From positions 1 to 30,269 of IMG/VR virus record IMGVR_UViG_3300037751_000150: DNA of 30,269 bases. The stretch is one strand, 5' to 3'. Each line of letters opens with the position of its first letter. Position 1 is the stretch's first letter. The translations under genes were made by a program, and so were the position numbers. This stretch comes from a virus (taxonomy: Duplodnaviria > Caudoviricetes). Positions 8,201 through 17,876 of the stretch are shown one piece after another. A model generated the notes under the pieces. That model searched no databases and had not been told where the DNA came from. It saw only the letters and a program-made list of their open reading frames with translations.

Positions 8201-10807
8201 AGTCAATGGACTATTAGCTGCTGTCTCTACATCAGCAGCTATATCTGTTTCATCGAATATTTCGTCCCGATACTCAACCGCAGTGATAGTTGCAATTTGT
8301 TCATCATTAGGTTCAATTGAAGTTATTCGATACTTTTTAACACTGCCATAGTTGTCATAACTAAGTGCGAACAAATCATCCGTCGCAGCAGGATAAGTAA
8401 ACAAAGCTGCATTTTCAACAATAACTACACTTTGTTGAGTTTCTTCATCCCAACCACCACCATGGACAACATAAGTACCATACGAGTTATCTACTGTTCT
8501 CAAATGTAATGTAACGCCAACAGCAGCACCAGCATCAATTACACTCCCAGTACCACCAGCTTTCCAGCTATCTATAGTCGCTTGAGAGAAACCAACTTCC
8601 AAGAAAAAAGTATCATCGAGAAGGCCATTTACATATAAATTATCCCCAGTGATACTTGCCAGTCGCCCGCCTGAACCCCACGCAGGTAAGTTATGCTGAA
8701 AATCAATTACATCACCAATTAGTGACTCAAGATACTCAAGATAAACATCAAACTTGATCGTGCGGAAAAGATATTTATTTTTTGTAAGAAAAAACTTCGC
8801 AATCCGCCAAGCCTGTGATTCTTTTGTAGTACCAAAAGCCTGAAGGGATATTTTATTCCTAGCTTGGGTTAGATTAATATCATGCACAGCCAACTGAGTT
8901 GTTTCATAATCTTGATCTTGGTCGATATATTGAACTTCAATTTCAGTAACTCTATCTTCCATTGGAAGAAAGAACATACTGAAACTATCCATAAGGATAT
9001 TCCCACTGGAGTATAATGTACTTGCTGAAGTTACTTTGCGCTCAACAGCAACTCGGAGTTCAGTACCATTCCAGTAAGGTTTTGCGCGATAGAGAATGCC
9101 AAGTTTTTGAATAGCATCCCAAGTGGATTCAGTTGAATCAAATGAACCATTGAACTCAAAGCGTTTCTCTGTTCCACCACCGGGAGCAGGTACGGTTTCA
9201 TCACATAACTGTGCCCAGTCGTAAAAGTCATTTGTGTTGATAGTTGACGGATCAAAACCGTCATACCGAATAACATTTAAGTCATTATCAAACACAGGTT
9301 GGGTAGCGATATCGTATGCTACCCAAGCAGGATTCTGACTGAACTCAACCGTCCAAGAAGTACCATTGAAAGTACGAACTAATGCACCTTCGATATAAGG
9401 CTCGACCTTTAACCCACCGCTGAATCGTTCACTAGGCGAACCATGGATAGTAAGCAAGACATGCTTAGGATATGTAAACCCAGTGTAGTTAATCCTACGA
9501 ATAGAGCTGAAAATAGAAGTATCCGCACCATTACCAGTACCACCGAGGCTATTCAGTCTCTCGATATGTAAGGTATAGTTATGCGCAGGATTCAACCGGA
9601 CACTGAAATTCCTGTCGAAACTATCTTTCGTTCGACCAACTATATCAAATACTTCATACGGATCATGGAAGTCTATCTGCGTAAGTGACCCACCAACGTA
9701 ACGCCATTGTTCATTCGGATAGTCACTATCAATAACAAACGCATCAGGAGTAAAGCCTTCAAAAATAGAAGTCTCCAAACTTACCCAAGTGTTAGAATCA
9801 CCTTCATATCCGGGTATTGTGTAATGACCGAAAGTCCAGTTAATTTCCACTGCTGGTGTCGAGGGATTAGTTGAGCCGAATTCAAAATCTAACCCAGTTA
9901 CTTCATTATGTAAACGAATATTAAAACTTGCTCTTGCATCACTGAAATCACCTTGGCGGTCAATGTAAAATAACCCTGCTGGGAATGAAATAGTAAACTG
10001 TAGTTCATCTGCTCCTGCTGAGATAGGATAGCTAAATGAACCATTAGTATCTGTCAGTTCTTGTGCATATGCACTGTCATTTGTTGCATTTTCAAAACCG
10101 GGAATTACACCTTGGCGTAAATAACCAAGCCTACGATGCAATTCAAGCCCGTTATCTTCTTTAAGATATTGGTCGTTTATTTTAATCTGTTTAAGATTAT
10201 TAATCGGTCCATAGCCATAGCTAATCATTACATTTAAATCATTATTCTCCCAAGCAGCTTGAGGCGACCTAAATGCATTAATAATATTCCCATGTTTAAC
10301 AACCATGGCTCCATAGATTTTTTGTATTGTAGTCCCTTGGAGTTGGGTAACTTGTGGATTCCATGAGTAACTCGATCCCGGTTCTTCAGTTTCCAATTCC
10401 GGTCCGAGATAATGATTCACCAAAAGTGAACCACCGATCATGATACCAGCCGATACCGCTGCACCAACAGCTACACCATAACTCCCGAGTGCTTGAATAC
10501 CTGCAACCCACTGGCCAGTTACAGCCGCAGCGACAGCAATAGCAACCATTGCTACATAACCCCAGTTTTCATCACTACCACGGATCAATGGTGCAATAAG
10601 AACTTGGTCAGTTTCTTGGATAACTTGATTACTCTCGGAGCTGTTGGGTTTAATAGGTTGGCCGTTTAAGAATACTCGACACTCAACATCAGGAGGGATG
10701 ATTAACTTGATAATTTCGTCAATCGTTTGACCGGCATACTCAACATTAATCCGTTGTTGTTCTCTGGTGAGCGGATTAGTGATTTGGGCAACAATTAATT
10801 TTTGCAT
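5240..10807 (-). CDS. Central tail fibre / tip attachment protein (lambda gpI+gpJ-like fusion) with Fn3 domains, beta-repeat spike and C-terminal chaperone-like domain
   Basis: Ubl-like N-terminus plus hydrophobic gpI-like segment; gpJ motifs ISYGYGPI, FTISFPAGL, YPKHVLL, SQNPAWVAYD, RFEFNG, IGDVIDFQH, ITAVEY; three Fn3-like units; follows the M-L-K-like genes. Confidence 0.9.
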   Translation of the reverse strand: MQKLIVAQITNPLTREQQRINVEYAGQTIDEIIKLIIPPDVECRVFLNGQPIKPNSSESNQVIQETDQVLIAPLIRGSDENWGYVAMVAIAVAAAVTGQWVAGIQALGSYGVAVGAAVSAGIMIGGSLLVNHYLGPELETEEPGSSYSWNPQVTQLQGTTIQKIYGAMVVKHGNIINAFRSPQAAWENNDLNVMISYGYGPINNLKQIKINDQYLKEDNGLELHRRLGYLRQGVIPGFENATNDSAYAQELTDTNGSFSYPISAGADELQFTISFPAGLFYIDRQGDFSDARASFNIRLHNEVTGLDFEFGSTNPSTPAVEINWTFGHYTIPGYEGDSNTWVSLETSIFEGFTPDAFVIDSDYPNEQWRYVGGSLTQIDFHDPYEVFDIVGRTKDSFDRNFSVRLNPAHNYTLHIERLNSLGGTGNGADTSIFSSIRRINYTGFTYPKHVLLTIHGSPSERFSGGLKVEPYIEGALVRTFNGTSWTVEFSQNPAWVAYDIATQPVFDNDLNVIRYDGFDPSTINTNDFYDWAQLCDETVPAPGGGTEKRFEFNGSFDSTESTWDAIQKLGILYRAKPYWNGTELRVAVERKVTSASTLYSSGNILMDSFSMFFLPMEDRVTEIEVQYIDQDQDYETTQLAVHDINLTQARNKISLQAFGTTKESQAWRIAKFFLTKNKYLFRTIKFDVYLEYLESLIGDVIDFQHNLPAWGSGGRLASITGDNLYVNGLLDDTFFLEVGFSQATIDSWKAGGTGSVIDAGAAVGVTLHLRTVDNSYGTYVVHGGGWDEETQQSVVIVENAALFTYPAATDDLFALSYDNYGSVKKYRITSIEPNDEQIATITAVEYRDEIFDETDIAADVETAANSPLTKFPQVTALSASSSIYFDAYNNVKRRLEVSWTLPSDMTFYKGLRLIVLGGNSTTEFSTVVAERIVGSGYYNLEINNVEIYPFYKIYAVTINSFGIEQPLSVAPYIVYTASDYNDADNPTMSTGVANLQVSNDTGDGVTFVTKDCFITWDDPVDEWANTRWLNYYLVEVYEVGSATLIHSERVSDNKFDFTFDKNKAAGTYRTFDVKVRAVDVIGNIGTMQTLTPVNAQAGQVTGLTYHEKFGSVELIWDRLSDQDLMGYEVHISKVNGFTPGTGTLYRIITTTTDAAVIDVTTPQFGFTDSSEFRFDDSVAFFFDDAELVTGSTALPNSLSFVQPVDGVYYFKIGAYDAFGRDNISYSSQEIFEVDTTVTVADVINFPDELSQLFPDVPILQAESWSNTLGTTLNWNEHSLWWNGDKYTISAGSTTDAYIYYKPSVSLTEYQTTNDVSVFQALDFDAGEFQIAINYGNAYELGWESRANMVMGTARIGEGEVTNAKIGALIQSTVFDYDPGVSATGWSIDKDGNIIAASMLIVDTDGNIILDANGVDYDNVTGTKPPANADSTSGALEAAVTITAGGIILNTDAVIKSYGKDSYNDTTAGFYLGMVGGSARFGIGNNTNYIQWNGSTLAVRGSLNADDITAGTLTGRNISGGTITGATLRTSASGQRFEVSTSDEAVFYDTNGVTKLITLGLSSIEGDTILGNFGNSSSSKVAVRAESSSKAGLIAKSNSGHAISAISNSIAQAIGVSNYGTGRGIYSFSTSNYGVDGYSENATGVAGAGVTYDFYARRSGNYGPFTGAHDALVSKTEELIIGDILVDKNLLYSQHVSNTIFECGKNNTIKDPAVVGVYVGKIPYNIDRITDIDTSTFSGFMEALALLNLPAAIYETIYAKVSASNFETIKNKLTQLVSNYNWVNMNAVGEGQINVCKDGGDITVGDYICSSSRPGKGMKQDDDLLHNYTVAKAREAVTWTEGDDDIKMIACSYHCG

Positions 10808-11184
10808 CTATAGTATCCTTCAATACGGTTTCGGTATTTAATAGAATCAACTCTAGATATTGTCACCCCATGTTCTTTAATTGCATGGATAAACTGGTAA
10901 TGATTTATCATAAAACCAATATGTGCAACAAAACATCCTATCTTTATTGCAATTATATCACCAAACCGAGGTAAATCAATACGTGTGAAGAATTTACGAT
11001 TACTATCTGCGACGGAGTTTCTAGAGGGAATGTCGTACTCATATTGCGGAGTTGGGTAGTTGAACCCATAATGTTGTCCGAGCTGAACTACTAATTCATA
11101 ACAATCTATGCCTTGGCCATCTTTGCCGTTGCCACTTAATTCGTAAGGCATACCTATAAAGGTACTATAAAACTCGGATGCCAT
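10795..11184 (-). CDS. NlpC/P60 tail assembly protein (gpK-like, no JAB domain)
   Basis: IGMPY...GIDCYELV...GDII...HIGF...FIHA gives the Cys-His-His triad; probable start is the ATG at 11184, overlapping the gpL stop. Confidence 0.85.
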   Translation of the reverse strand: MASEFYSTFIGMPYELSGNGKDGQGIDCYELVVQLGQHYGFNYPTPQYEYDIPSRNSVADSNRKFFTRIDLPRFGDIIAIKIGCFVAHIGFMINHYQFIHAIKEHGVTISRVDSIKYRNRIEGYYRCKN

Positions 11185-11776
11185 CAGGACGTAATCCGGG
11201 ATAGCCGCCGAAATTGGCGAGATTATTATGCGATGCACAATCAGCTTTTGTCCGCTTACAAGTAGCGAGCCCACCAGTGTAATTGCATTCAGCAGACTTG
11301 TACGCCCAGTTACAATAAAGGGCGACATATTTATCTTGTGGGAATCTTCTTCTAAGTGGATTAGGCCCACCGAGAGTGAATGTCAGCCATTCTTGATCGA
11401 CACTTGTGCCAATGATAGTAAAATTCAAAGTAAGGTTTGTGTAGTCTTCCGTCAAGTGCCCAGTATTAACAAGACGAACAACTACAGGTACATCAATTAA
11501 ACCATTCGTATCCTCCGCGAAAGTGAACATAGCACGACTGATGTTACTTAACTGAAGATTGACTGAGTTAATCTTTCCATCATCCGAGGTAGACATAGCA
11601 CCGAATTTGAATGCAATTGATTCATAAGTCTGACCACCATAGATAACTTGTTCATTATCATTTGTGTATCTAAACACAGTGGAGTTGTATTGAAATTCAA
11701 TTAAAAGCACCCACGCATTTTGACTTTCAACTTTATTCTTTTCAAGCATCAAATTCGCAGGGATAGTCGCAGGCAT
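11165..11776 (-). CDS. Minor tail protein L-like (hub; C-terminal 4-Cys, Fe-S-binding type)
   Basis: CNWAYKSAECNY...CKRTKADC...FGGYPG resembles the lambda gpL C-terminus; synteny. Confidence 0.85.
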   Translation of the reverse strand: MPATIPANLMLEKNKVESQNAWVLLIEFQYNSTVFRYTNDNEQVIYGGQTYESIAFKFGAMSTSDDGKINSVNLQLSNISRAMFTFAEDTNGLIDVPVVVRLVNTGHLTEDYTNLTLNFTIIGTSVDQEWLTFTLGGPNPLRRRFPQDKYVALYCNWAYKSAECNYTGGLATCKRTKADCASHNNLANFGGYPGLRPDGIRVL

Positions 11777-11777
11777 T

Positions 11778-12113
11778 TTATTTCTCCATTAGTTTAATTT
11801 GCGAGAACTTAAAACAACCGGGGTATAATTCAACCCAAGTAAGTATTGCATCAAAGAAAACGGTTCTATTTGTGCCTGTTTTATCTGTCCATGTAAATGA
11901 CGTATGTTGCCCGACACTTTGCCAGTGACTAATAAGTGCATTAGCATCAGTGGTGAATAGTAAATCATAGTTCAATGTCCAACTATACTTATCCCTTGAT
12001 CTTTTCTTCCGCCGATACACACTAACATCGCTCTCAGTGTCGTGTTTAATAACATTTTCAACAGGTAGAACATTTTCTTCAATCGGCCGGCGAGATAAAC
12101 TAGGAAATGCCAT
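11778..12113 (-). CDS. Distal tail protein (gpM-like)
   Basis: 111 aa directly after the tape measure gene; WTLNY...SFTWTD pattern. Confidence 0.7.
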   Translation of the reverse strand: MAFPSLSRRPIEENVLPVENVIKHDTESDVSVYRRKKRSRDKYSWTLNYDLLFTTDANALISHWQSVGQHTSFTWTDKTGTNRTVFFDAILTWVELYPGCFKFSQIKLMEK

Positions 12114-15100
12114 TATCTTTTCCTCCCGAGAGTTTTGTATAATGCCCCACCTGATTCATAATCATCAAGAACAATATCAATTATCATTTTCCTGCCATCA
12201 AATCTTGTCTTAGCGCCACCAGTTACTTGTGACTGGCTGTTGTTATTGATATTAACTTGGACATTACCGGCGCTTTGACTTGATTGCATTTGTTCTTTAT
12301 TAAATACATATTCCGGTCCTTTTTCACCGAACTCCCAACGCTGGCCGGTTTTAGTGCCATATCCGATAACATGTTCAGTAATCGGCCCACCGCCTGCGCG
12401 GTAGTTAGTTTGGCTGCCAGTATAACTATGCGGTATTGTCACAGAATTAGGTCTCATTCCTCCACCGACCCCTGCGCCAAGTACCTGTAAAATCCCACCA
12501 ACAAGTTGATCCGTGATTGATATTTTAATCAATTGATTAATAATCTGACTTGAAACATCTTTCAACCAGCTACTAAGGAAATCTTTCCAGTTGTTCATAT
12601 CCATCATAGCTTGAGTGAATGTATTTGCAAGCGAATCCCCCCAACTTTGCATACTATCTACCATGAAACCCCAGAATGGTTTTTCAACAGCACGTAAATG
12701 ATGCTTATATGCGAGTTCAAGATACTTAAGCTGTGTAGTAGCATTACTTACATAGGTATTAATCTGTGCATCAGTAACACCATCCATCTCTTTAAAGTCA
12801 GTAATACCTTTATGGATATCTCTGATTGCACTTTGGTAATCTATATTAAGTTTAACTGCCTCTGCGGTTTGTTTCGCAAGGGTACTGTTTGTTGTGTTAG
12901 TGTAGGAAATCATTGCACGACGACTAGCGACAAATTGTTTAAATATCGCATCGTCAATACTTTTGGCAACATCCCCTTGGTCTTGAATAGGCGGAGTACC
13001 AATGTCACCTACTGCTTTCCAAATACCGTTTACTAATTTCCAGCCGTCTTTTAACTTATCTTCCCATGCGGCAAAGTTAAACAAAGGAACATTGATATTT
13101 ACAATCCCGTCCCCAAGGACAAGTTTTAAATTCTTGAATAAATCTCTAAAATGCCCAACAAGTGAATCCGCAACATCAGGACCAACAAGGTCACGCATTT
13201 TTGTAATTAACTGTTTTTCTAGTGCAGAAAAATCTGGTATTAATCCACCAAACTTACCAGACCAATCGAAGTCCAAGGTATCTTTGATAAGATTCTTAAT
13301 CTCACCAAAAGATGATTCAATCAAGCCACTGGTACTTTTCATAGCGGTCATTGATTCTTCGATTACTTTATTAAAATCAAATGCCTTTTTAGCATCATCT
13401 TTGATACCATTTATCTCAGCAAGTAATTTATTACGATATTCATTTGCATTAATTCGTTCTGCACTTCTATCCAACGGATGTTTCAAGAAATCCCAAACTT
13501 CCCAAACAGCTAGTTTAAACTTAGGACTTGCAAGTTGGTCAAAGAGTTCTTTGATTGATGCCCATAGGCCAGAAAACATAACTTGCAAAGATGCTCCAAT
13601 AGCAATACCGCCAGCTAATGCGCCAGTAAGTGCTATCGCCGGACCGACTAAACCAGCTAGCCCGACAGCCAATGCCGGGAGTTTAAATATCAACCCTGTT
13701 ATTGCAATAGATAAGTATGAAATTGATGTTGTAATAGCAGTGAACATTGCTGGGATAATAAGCCTAAGCCCACTTGCGGCCAATAGTCCTTTACCCAAAC
13801 CAATAATCATCTGGAAAACTGTTTTCACTGCAAATAAAACAGTCAGATATTTAAGCCCTTCGAGAATAGCACCTTTCCATGGACCAGCAAGTTTAACACT
13901 AATATCATATACATCACCAAACAAATCCTTCAGACTGAAAAGTGACTTAATAGCATAATCCGCACTTGTCCAGATATCTGCAAAGACTTCTTTAATATGC
14001 TGCCCGAGAGGAAGTAAATTACCTTCAAGATCGAACAACTTATTGTTAATATCAGATAAACTTGTTACCCATTTATCCCATAATCCACTACTCTTTAATG
14101 CTGTCATGGAAATAACAGCTATGTTATTTTTCAATACTAAAAATTGATTACTAACTGTTTGAATGGCTTTCCGTTGTGCTTCACGGAAATCATACACTCG
14201 ATCAATTAGCATCTTCCATTTTTCATTTGTGGTAATGGCTTGATTCTGAAGTTGTTTATACAACTCAGGCATAGTAATTTTAATCATCCGTGTAAACTGA
14301 TCCGTTACACGCGCCTGACCTTGGAATAATGCCTGAATTTCCTGCCGAACTTGCTTCATCGAAGAGCCACTTGTAAGTGCGATCTCCTTAATCATCGCAA
14401 TTGTGTTAAGTGACTTTTCAGCATCTTCTGGATTAACTATAACTCCAAACTGTGCGAGTTCTCGATAACCAGCGGTAATTTCTTCCATTGATAATTTATA
14501 CTTAGGTGCCAATCGAATAGAATGCTCCATCGTTTTAGCTAGAGCATTATGCGCTGCTATAAAACGAGTGCTGAAATTCCCACTGCTCTTATATGTCAAT
14601 GCAATCATACCAGAAATAACAGCTAGCCCTTCGGTATAATCATCTAAAATAGTCAACCCACGAGCAAATGTCATAGTGAGTGTTTGGACACCACGTTCAA
14701 ATGCATTAATAGCACGATACGCAACTGCGAAACCAACTGCAATCACACCAAAGCGTTTCCACCATGTATGGTAAGACCCACCGGCACCGCTCATACTAAC
14801 TTTGAGTCTTTGCCAAAGGGAAATTTGACGTTTTTGTACACTAGCAAGTCTAAGTATTGCTGAGTATAATTTGTTACTCCCTTTTGCTACTTTTGCTACC
14901 CCACTGGTCGCAAGTGCTTGCATACGAGTACGTAATACATTACTACCAGTGGATACTTTTTTCATACCGGCATGTATATTTGTTAAGATACCGGACAAAT
15001 CCGAGTATGCCTTAGTATTCAAAGTCCCTCTTGTAGACTGTTGCCACTCAGGAGTTTGCATTGACCGCGTTCTATCCGCAAATTCTTTAAATTTACTCGC

Positions 15101-15745
15101 AGTCCTACCCGCATGAGACGCAACAACATTTTGGAGAACTTCGACTCTTTTTATCTGGTCGAACATTCTCCGCCATACATTCAAATTACGACTGTTTTCT
15201 GCATGGATTCTTTTTTGTAAACTTAACTGCTTTTCAAGTTGGATATTAACATCTGCTGCTTTTCTAGCATCTTGTGTTTGACTCCAAGACGCGAAATTCG
15301 CAGGTTTCATTGCAGCAGTAGATAATCCTTGACCAGAAGTACCGATAATCTTACGAAGATTTATTGCTCTGTCGCGAAATTCTTGTTGGTATATTAACTT
15401 ACGATTACGCATAGACTGTTGAAGTAATTCAGTCTGCTTGCGTTCTGCGTTTTGGATAATAACATTCCTACGCGCAGTTTCTTTTCTGATTTTAGATGTG
15501 TAATCTTTTTCTAGGCGGGTAATTTTTTGAAAAAGTTTGCTGGTGGTGTTGACACCTTTAGCGAGATTTTGATACGGAGCACCTAGGTTACGTAATTCTC
15601 GGATGTAACCTTTTTGTTCTTTCGCATTAGATTGAAATACAGAGCTAAGTTCTTTAAGGTCTTGTTTAACTTCCTTAATGGCATTTATGGAATCTTTATA
15701 TCCCGTAATGTCTATGCCAAATTTAACTCCACCAGCGTTTATCAT
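12113..15745 (-). CDS. Tail tape measure protein (1210 aa)
   Basis: Long helical A/K/L-rich ORF after the chaperones; hydrophobic central segment; C-terminal RAGGGPI...GEKGPEYV...VQVNINN. Confidence 0.92.
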   Translation of the reverse strand: MINAGGVKFGIDITGYKDSINAIKEVKQDLKELSSVFQSNAKEQKGYIRELRNLGAPYQNLAKGVNTTSKLFQKITRLEKDYTSKIRKETARRNVIIQNAERKQTELLQQSMRNRKLIYQQEFRDRAINLRKIIGTSGQGLSTAAMKPANFASWSQTQDARKAADVNIQLEKQLSLQKRIHAENSRNLNVWRRMFDQIKRVEVLQNVVASHAGRTASKFKEFADRTRSMQTPEWQQSTRGTLNTKAYSDLSGILTNIHAGMKKVSTGSNVLRTRMQALATSGVAKVAKGSNKLYSAILRLASVQKRQISLWQRLKVSMSGAGGSYHTWWKRFGVIAVGFAVAYRAINAFERGVQTLTMTFARGLTILDDYTEGLAVISGMIALTYKSSGNFSTRFIAAHNALAKTMEHSIRLAPKYKLSMEEITAGYRELAQFGVIVNPEDAEKSLNTIAMIKEIALTSGSSMKQVRQEIQALFQGQARVTDQFTRMIKITMPELYKQLQNQAITTNEKWKMLIDRVYDFREAQRKAIQTVSNQFLVLKNNIAVISMTALKSSGLWDKWVTSLSDINNKLFDLEGNLLPLGQHIKEVFADIWTSADYAIKSLFSLKDLFGDVYDISVKLAGPWKGAILEGLKYLTVLFAVKTVFQMIIGLGKGLLAASGLRLIIPAMFTAITTSISYLSIAITGLIFKLPALAVGLAGLVGPAIALTGALAGGIAIGASLQVMFSGLWASIKELFDQLASPKFKLAVWEVWDFLKHPLDRSAERINANEYRNKLLAEINGIKDDAKKAFDFNKVIEESMTAMKSTSGLIESSFGEIKNLIKDTLDFDWSGKFGGLIPDFSALEKQLITKMRDLVGPDVADSLVGHFRDLFKNLKLVLGDGIVNINVPLFNFAAWEDKLKDGWKLVNGIWKAVGDIGTPPIQDQGDVAKSIDDAIFKQFVASRRAMISYTNTTNSTLAKQTAEAVKLNIDYQSAIRDIHKGITDFKEMDGVTDAQINTYVSNATTQLKYLELAYKHHLRAVEKPFWGFMVDSMQSWGDSLANTFTQAMMDMNNWKDFLSSWLKDVSSQIINQLIKISITDQLVGGILQVLGAGVGGGMRPNSVTIPHSYTGSQTNYRAGGGPITEHVIGYGTKTGQRWEFGEKGPEYVFNKEQMQSSQSAGNVQVNINNNSQSQVTGGAKTRFDGRKMIIDIVLDDYESGGALYKTLGRKR

Positions 15746-15757
15746 GCCAGAATCCTT

Positions 15758-16099
15758 TTAAGTTAAACCACGGGACGCTCTGAGTTCTTCCCAAGTTTTA
15801 TCATAATCAACAACAACATGGATACTATGAGGATTAAGTAATCGTTCAACATGCTTTGTTATTTTACTCTGCACATCTTCTTTTTGATTTGGTTTGTTGA
15901 TAAGCATAGCGAGAAGATCGCATTTACTAGCTCGCTGTCTTTGTGCTTCTTGGTGCATTAACCTTAGCTTGTTGAGTGGGTAACTAACGAGACTCTCGAA
16001 AGTATAGCCAGCAAATTCACTGGCTATACTTCCTATGAGTTTCAAACGCTCGTCGGTTAAATTATCAACATCTACTCGAACAAGCTTTTCGACAAAAAA
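15758..16099 (-). CDS. Tail assembly chaperone gpT-like segment, reached by -1 frameshift (gpGT = 16338 to 15758)
   Basis: The -1 frame is open from the slippery site T TTT TTG (16099-16093) through FVEKLVRVDVDNLTDERLKLIG... to the stop at 15758. Confidence 0.8.
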   Translation of the reverse strand, partial: FFVEKLVRVDVDNLTDERLKLIGSIASEFAGYTFESLVSYPLNKLRLMHQEAQRQRASKCDLLAMLINKPNQKEDVQSKITKHVERLLNPHSIHVVVDYDKTWEELRASRGLT

Positions 16100-16338
16100 T
16101 CCAACGCACCGCGCATTTCAACAATTTGGACTTTTTCCAACGCTTGCGGTTCAACATTCAATGCCTCAGCCAGAGTAACACGAATGTCTTTTACACTTGA
16201 ATTTTCATCACCCAGTTTGTCCAACAGTTCGAGAGTCTTATCACTAAGCTCACTTACCGTCACAGACAGACCATTACTGAGTTTAACTGTACAACTGTGC
16301 GATTCAAGAAACTTACCACCATCAAATACCTTGGCCAT
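16072..16338 (-). CDS. Tail assembly chaperone gpG-like
   Basis: Lies between the tail tube and tape measure genes; SD AAGGAG; slippery heptamer near the 3' end. Confidence 0.82.
   Translation of the reverse strand: MAKVFDGGKFLESHSCTVKLSNGLSVTVSELSDKTLELLDKLGDENSSVKDIRVTLAEALNVEPQALEKVQIVEMRGALDFLSKSLFE
16093..16099 (-). promoter_or_regulatory. Programmed -1 ribosomal frameshift slippery sequence U UUU UUG
   Basis: Minus strand reads GAT TTT TTG TCG; X XXY YYZ pattern in the correct phase, joining the two chaperone ORFs. Confidence 0.8.
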
Positions 16339-16421
16339 TTTTAACTCCTTTTTTCCAACGGGTTTAAGATAGGCTTTGTAGTTTAACTACGGGTCATTCC
16401 ACCTTTGGCCCCTCAGTCAGA

Positions 16422-16934
16422 TTATGAGAAAGTAGCAGTTTCATCACCGAAGTAATAGGAACAAGTTTTGCTGTTCACTGTACCGAAGAAGCACTTGAAC
16501 TTCGCATTGAGCACCCGTTGATTTGATGCATCATAGCTAAGTTCCACTTCACCGATAGGTGCAGCTTTCGGGAAGATGATTTTGTCCTTTGCATCCGTCG
16601 AAGGAACACCGTTGACATACTTAGTCAACTCAAGTTCTTCTGCGATACCAAGAAGCGAAGTACCGACTTTATTCAGCCCCGCTACGGCAGCAGTGGAACT
16701 TGTGGCTGCTTGCGGTTGCAGGATACTTTGCAGTCTTGCCATAGTAATCTCAGCAAGAGAAAGAGTAACTTCAACCAAAGTACCAGTGATAACAGTATCT
16801 TCAGCGGAAGTACCGTATTGATCGGAATGAAGGTCAGTGGCATCATCAGTAATTTTCACCATGATACCACCGTTTGTCTTACCAAGTGAAACAGAATTCC
16901 AAGATGCATCTGCGGGGCCGAGTTCGAGAGCCAT
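16422..16934 (-). CDS. Major tail tube protein
   Basis: LGPA...LGKTNGGI...DQYG...IIFPKA pattern; SD AAGGAG; position before the chaperones; no sheath gene present. Confidence 0.85.
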   Translation of the reverse strand: MALELGPADASWNSVSLGKTNGGIMVKITDDATDLHSDQYGTSAEDTVITGTLVEVTLSLAEITMARLQSILQPQAATSSTAAVAGLNKVGTSLLGIAEELELTKYVNGVPSTDAKDKIIFPKAAPIGEVELSYDASNQRVLNAKFKCFFGTVNSKTCSYYFGDETATFS

Positions 16935-16947
16935 AATTATTCTCCTT

Positions 16948-17322
16948 TTAAGGTCTGGTTATGTAGCACACAAGCGAGAAAGAAAACACATGCTTGTTTT
17001 GCTCGGTGACAGTTATAAAACCGGGTAGTTTCATAGGAACTATATTATGAATATACCCACTGGTGATAGTTATGCCATTTGAAAAAGCAAGTAAGTTATA
17101 AATTGCTTCTAGTTTATCATTCGCGGTTTGATAGTCATTGTAATGAGCGATAATATAAACATTCCACCGCTGCATTAAACTTTCATTCTCATCACCGCCG
17201 GAATGACTAACAATGATTCCATTACTATTTGTATCCGGCAAGTGACCGAGAAATAAATTAGTTCCAGTAACATGACTTGTTTTGGATTCAATATAGTTGA
17301 CAATGTCGCGTGAGATATTCAT
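16948..17322 (-). CDS. Tail terminator / completion protein
   Basis: 124 aa directly upstream of the tube gene; GTNLFLGHLPD pattern. Confidence 0.7.
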   Translation of the reverse strand: MNISRDIVNYIESKTSHVTGTNLFLGHLPDTNSNGIIVSHSGGDENESLMQRWNVYIIAHYNDYQTANDKLEAIYNLLAFSNGITITSGYIHNIVPMKLPGFITVTEQNKHVFSFSLVCYITRP

Positions 17323-17876
17323 GCCATACCTCTCTCAGCAGCGATATGCTTAATTCGGAACGCAGCATTTTTAGTTGCCATGAGAGCTTTGGAGCTTACA
17401 TAGTGCGCCCCACTGTGCATGTCACTGAACCCGCCCGGCCATTCATGCATAAGTGCCGCATGAGGCGCTTGGTACAACACAGTCACTTTACCACGTAAAG
17501 AACTAACACTCCCAGTAGAACCAGTGCCTTTATACTTAACTTTGCTAAGTTTAAGTGTCTTAGGAGCGTCATAGAAACCATTATCAGTTAATCCCTGACC
17601 AATTCCAGTCTGTTGAGTTATAACTGGATTCTCCCCAATTTGATCCATAGCGCCATACTTCTGTGCAATCTCAGTGGTATCCATATACAAACTACCACCA
17701 ATATACACAACGCCACTGCGTCTCAATGCCCCAGTACGCCAAGGCGGTCTAGGAACATCCAACAGCGTCGAACGCAGAAACTCTTCAGCGAGTACTTCAG
17801 GGATTACTTCACCAATAAAGTGCTCCAAAGTCTCCAATGCATCTAAGACGCCTGCGACATACGCTTTTTCAGCCAT
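17319..17876 (-). CDS. Neck/tail completion protein (HK97 gp10-like)
   Basis: PWRTGALRRSG...V.YQAPHAALMHE...GAHYV motifs; synteny. Confidence 0.7.
   Translation of the reverse strand: MAEKAYVAGVLDALETLEHFIGEVIPEVLAEEFLRSTLLDVPRPPWRTGALRRSGVVYIGGSLYMDTTEIAQKYGAMDQIGENPVITQQTGIGQGLTDNGFYDAPKTLKLSKVKYKGTGSTGSVSSLRGKVTVLYQAPHAALMHEWPGGFSDMHSGAHYVSSKALMATKNAAFRIKHIAAERGMA

Noticed and set aside
11185-11370. Track N-terminal extension of the NlpC/P60 gene
   Set aside because: Overlaps the conserved Cys-rich end of gpL and shows no JAB motif; the ATG at 11184 fits better
13002-13958. 318-aa plus-strand ORF antisense to the tape measure gene
   Set aside because: S/P/I-rich mirror of the sense codons; no independent evidence
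16352-16362. 11-mer TTTCCAACGGG also present in reverse orientation at ~23883-23893; both copies are intergenic
   Set aside because: Only two copies, in opposite orientation relative to transcription; could be chance, so not called as an operator
16339-16421. Intergenic CTGACTGAG...small hairpins, superficially hammerhead-like
   Set aside because: Lacks the exact CUGANGA and GAAA core and convincing stems
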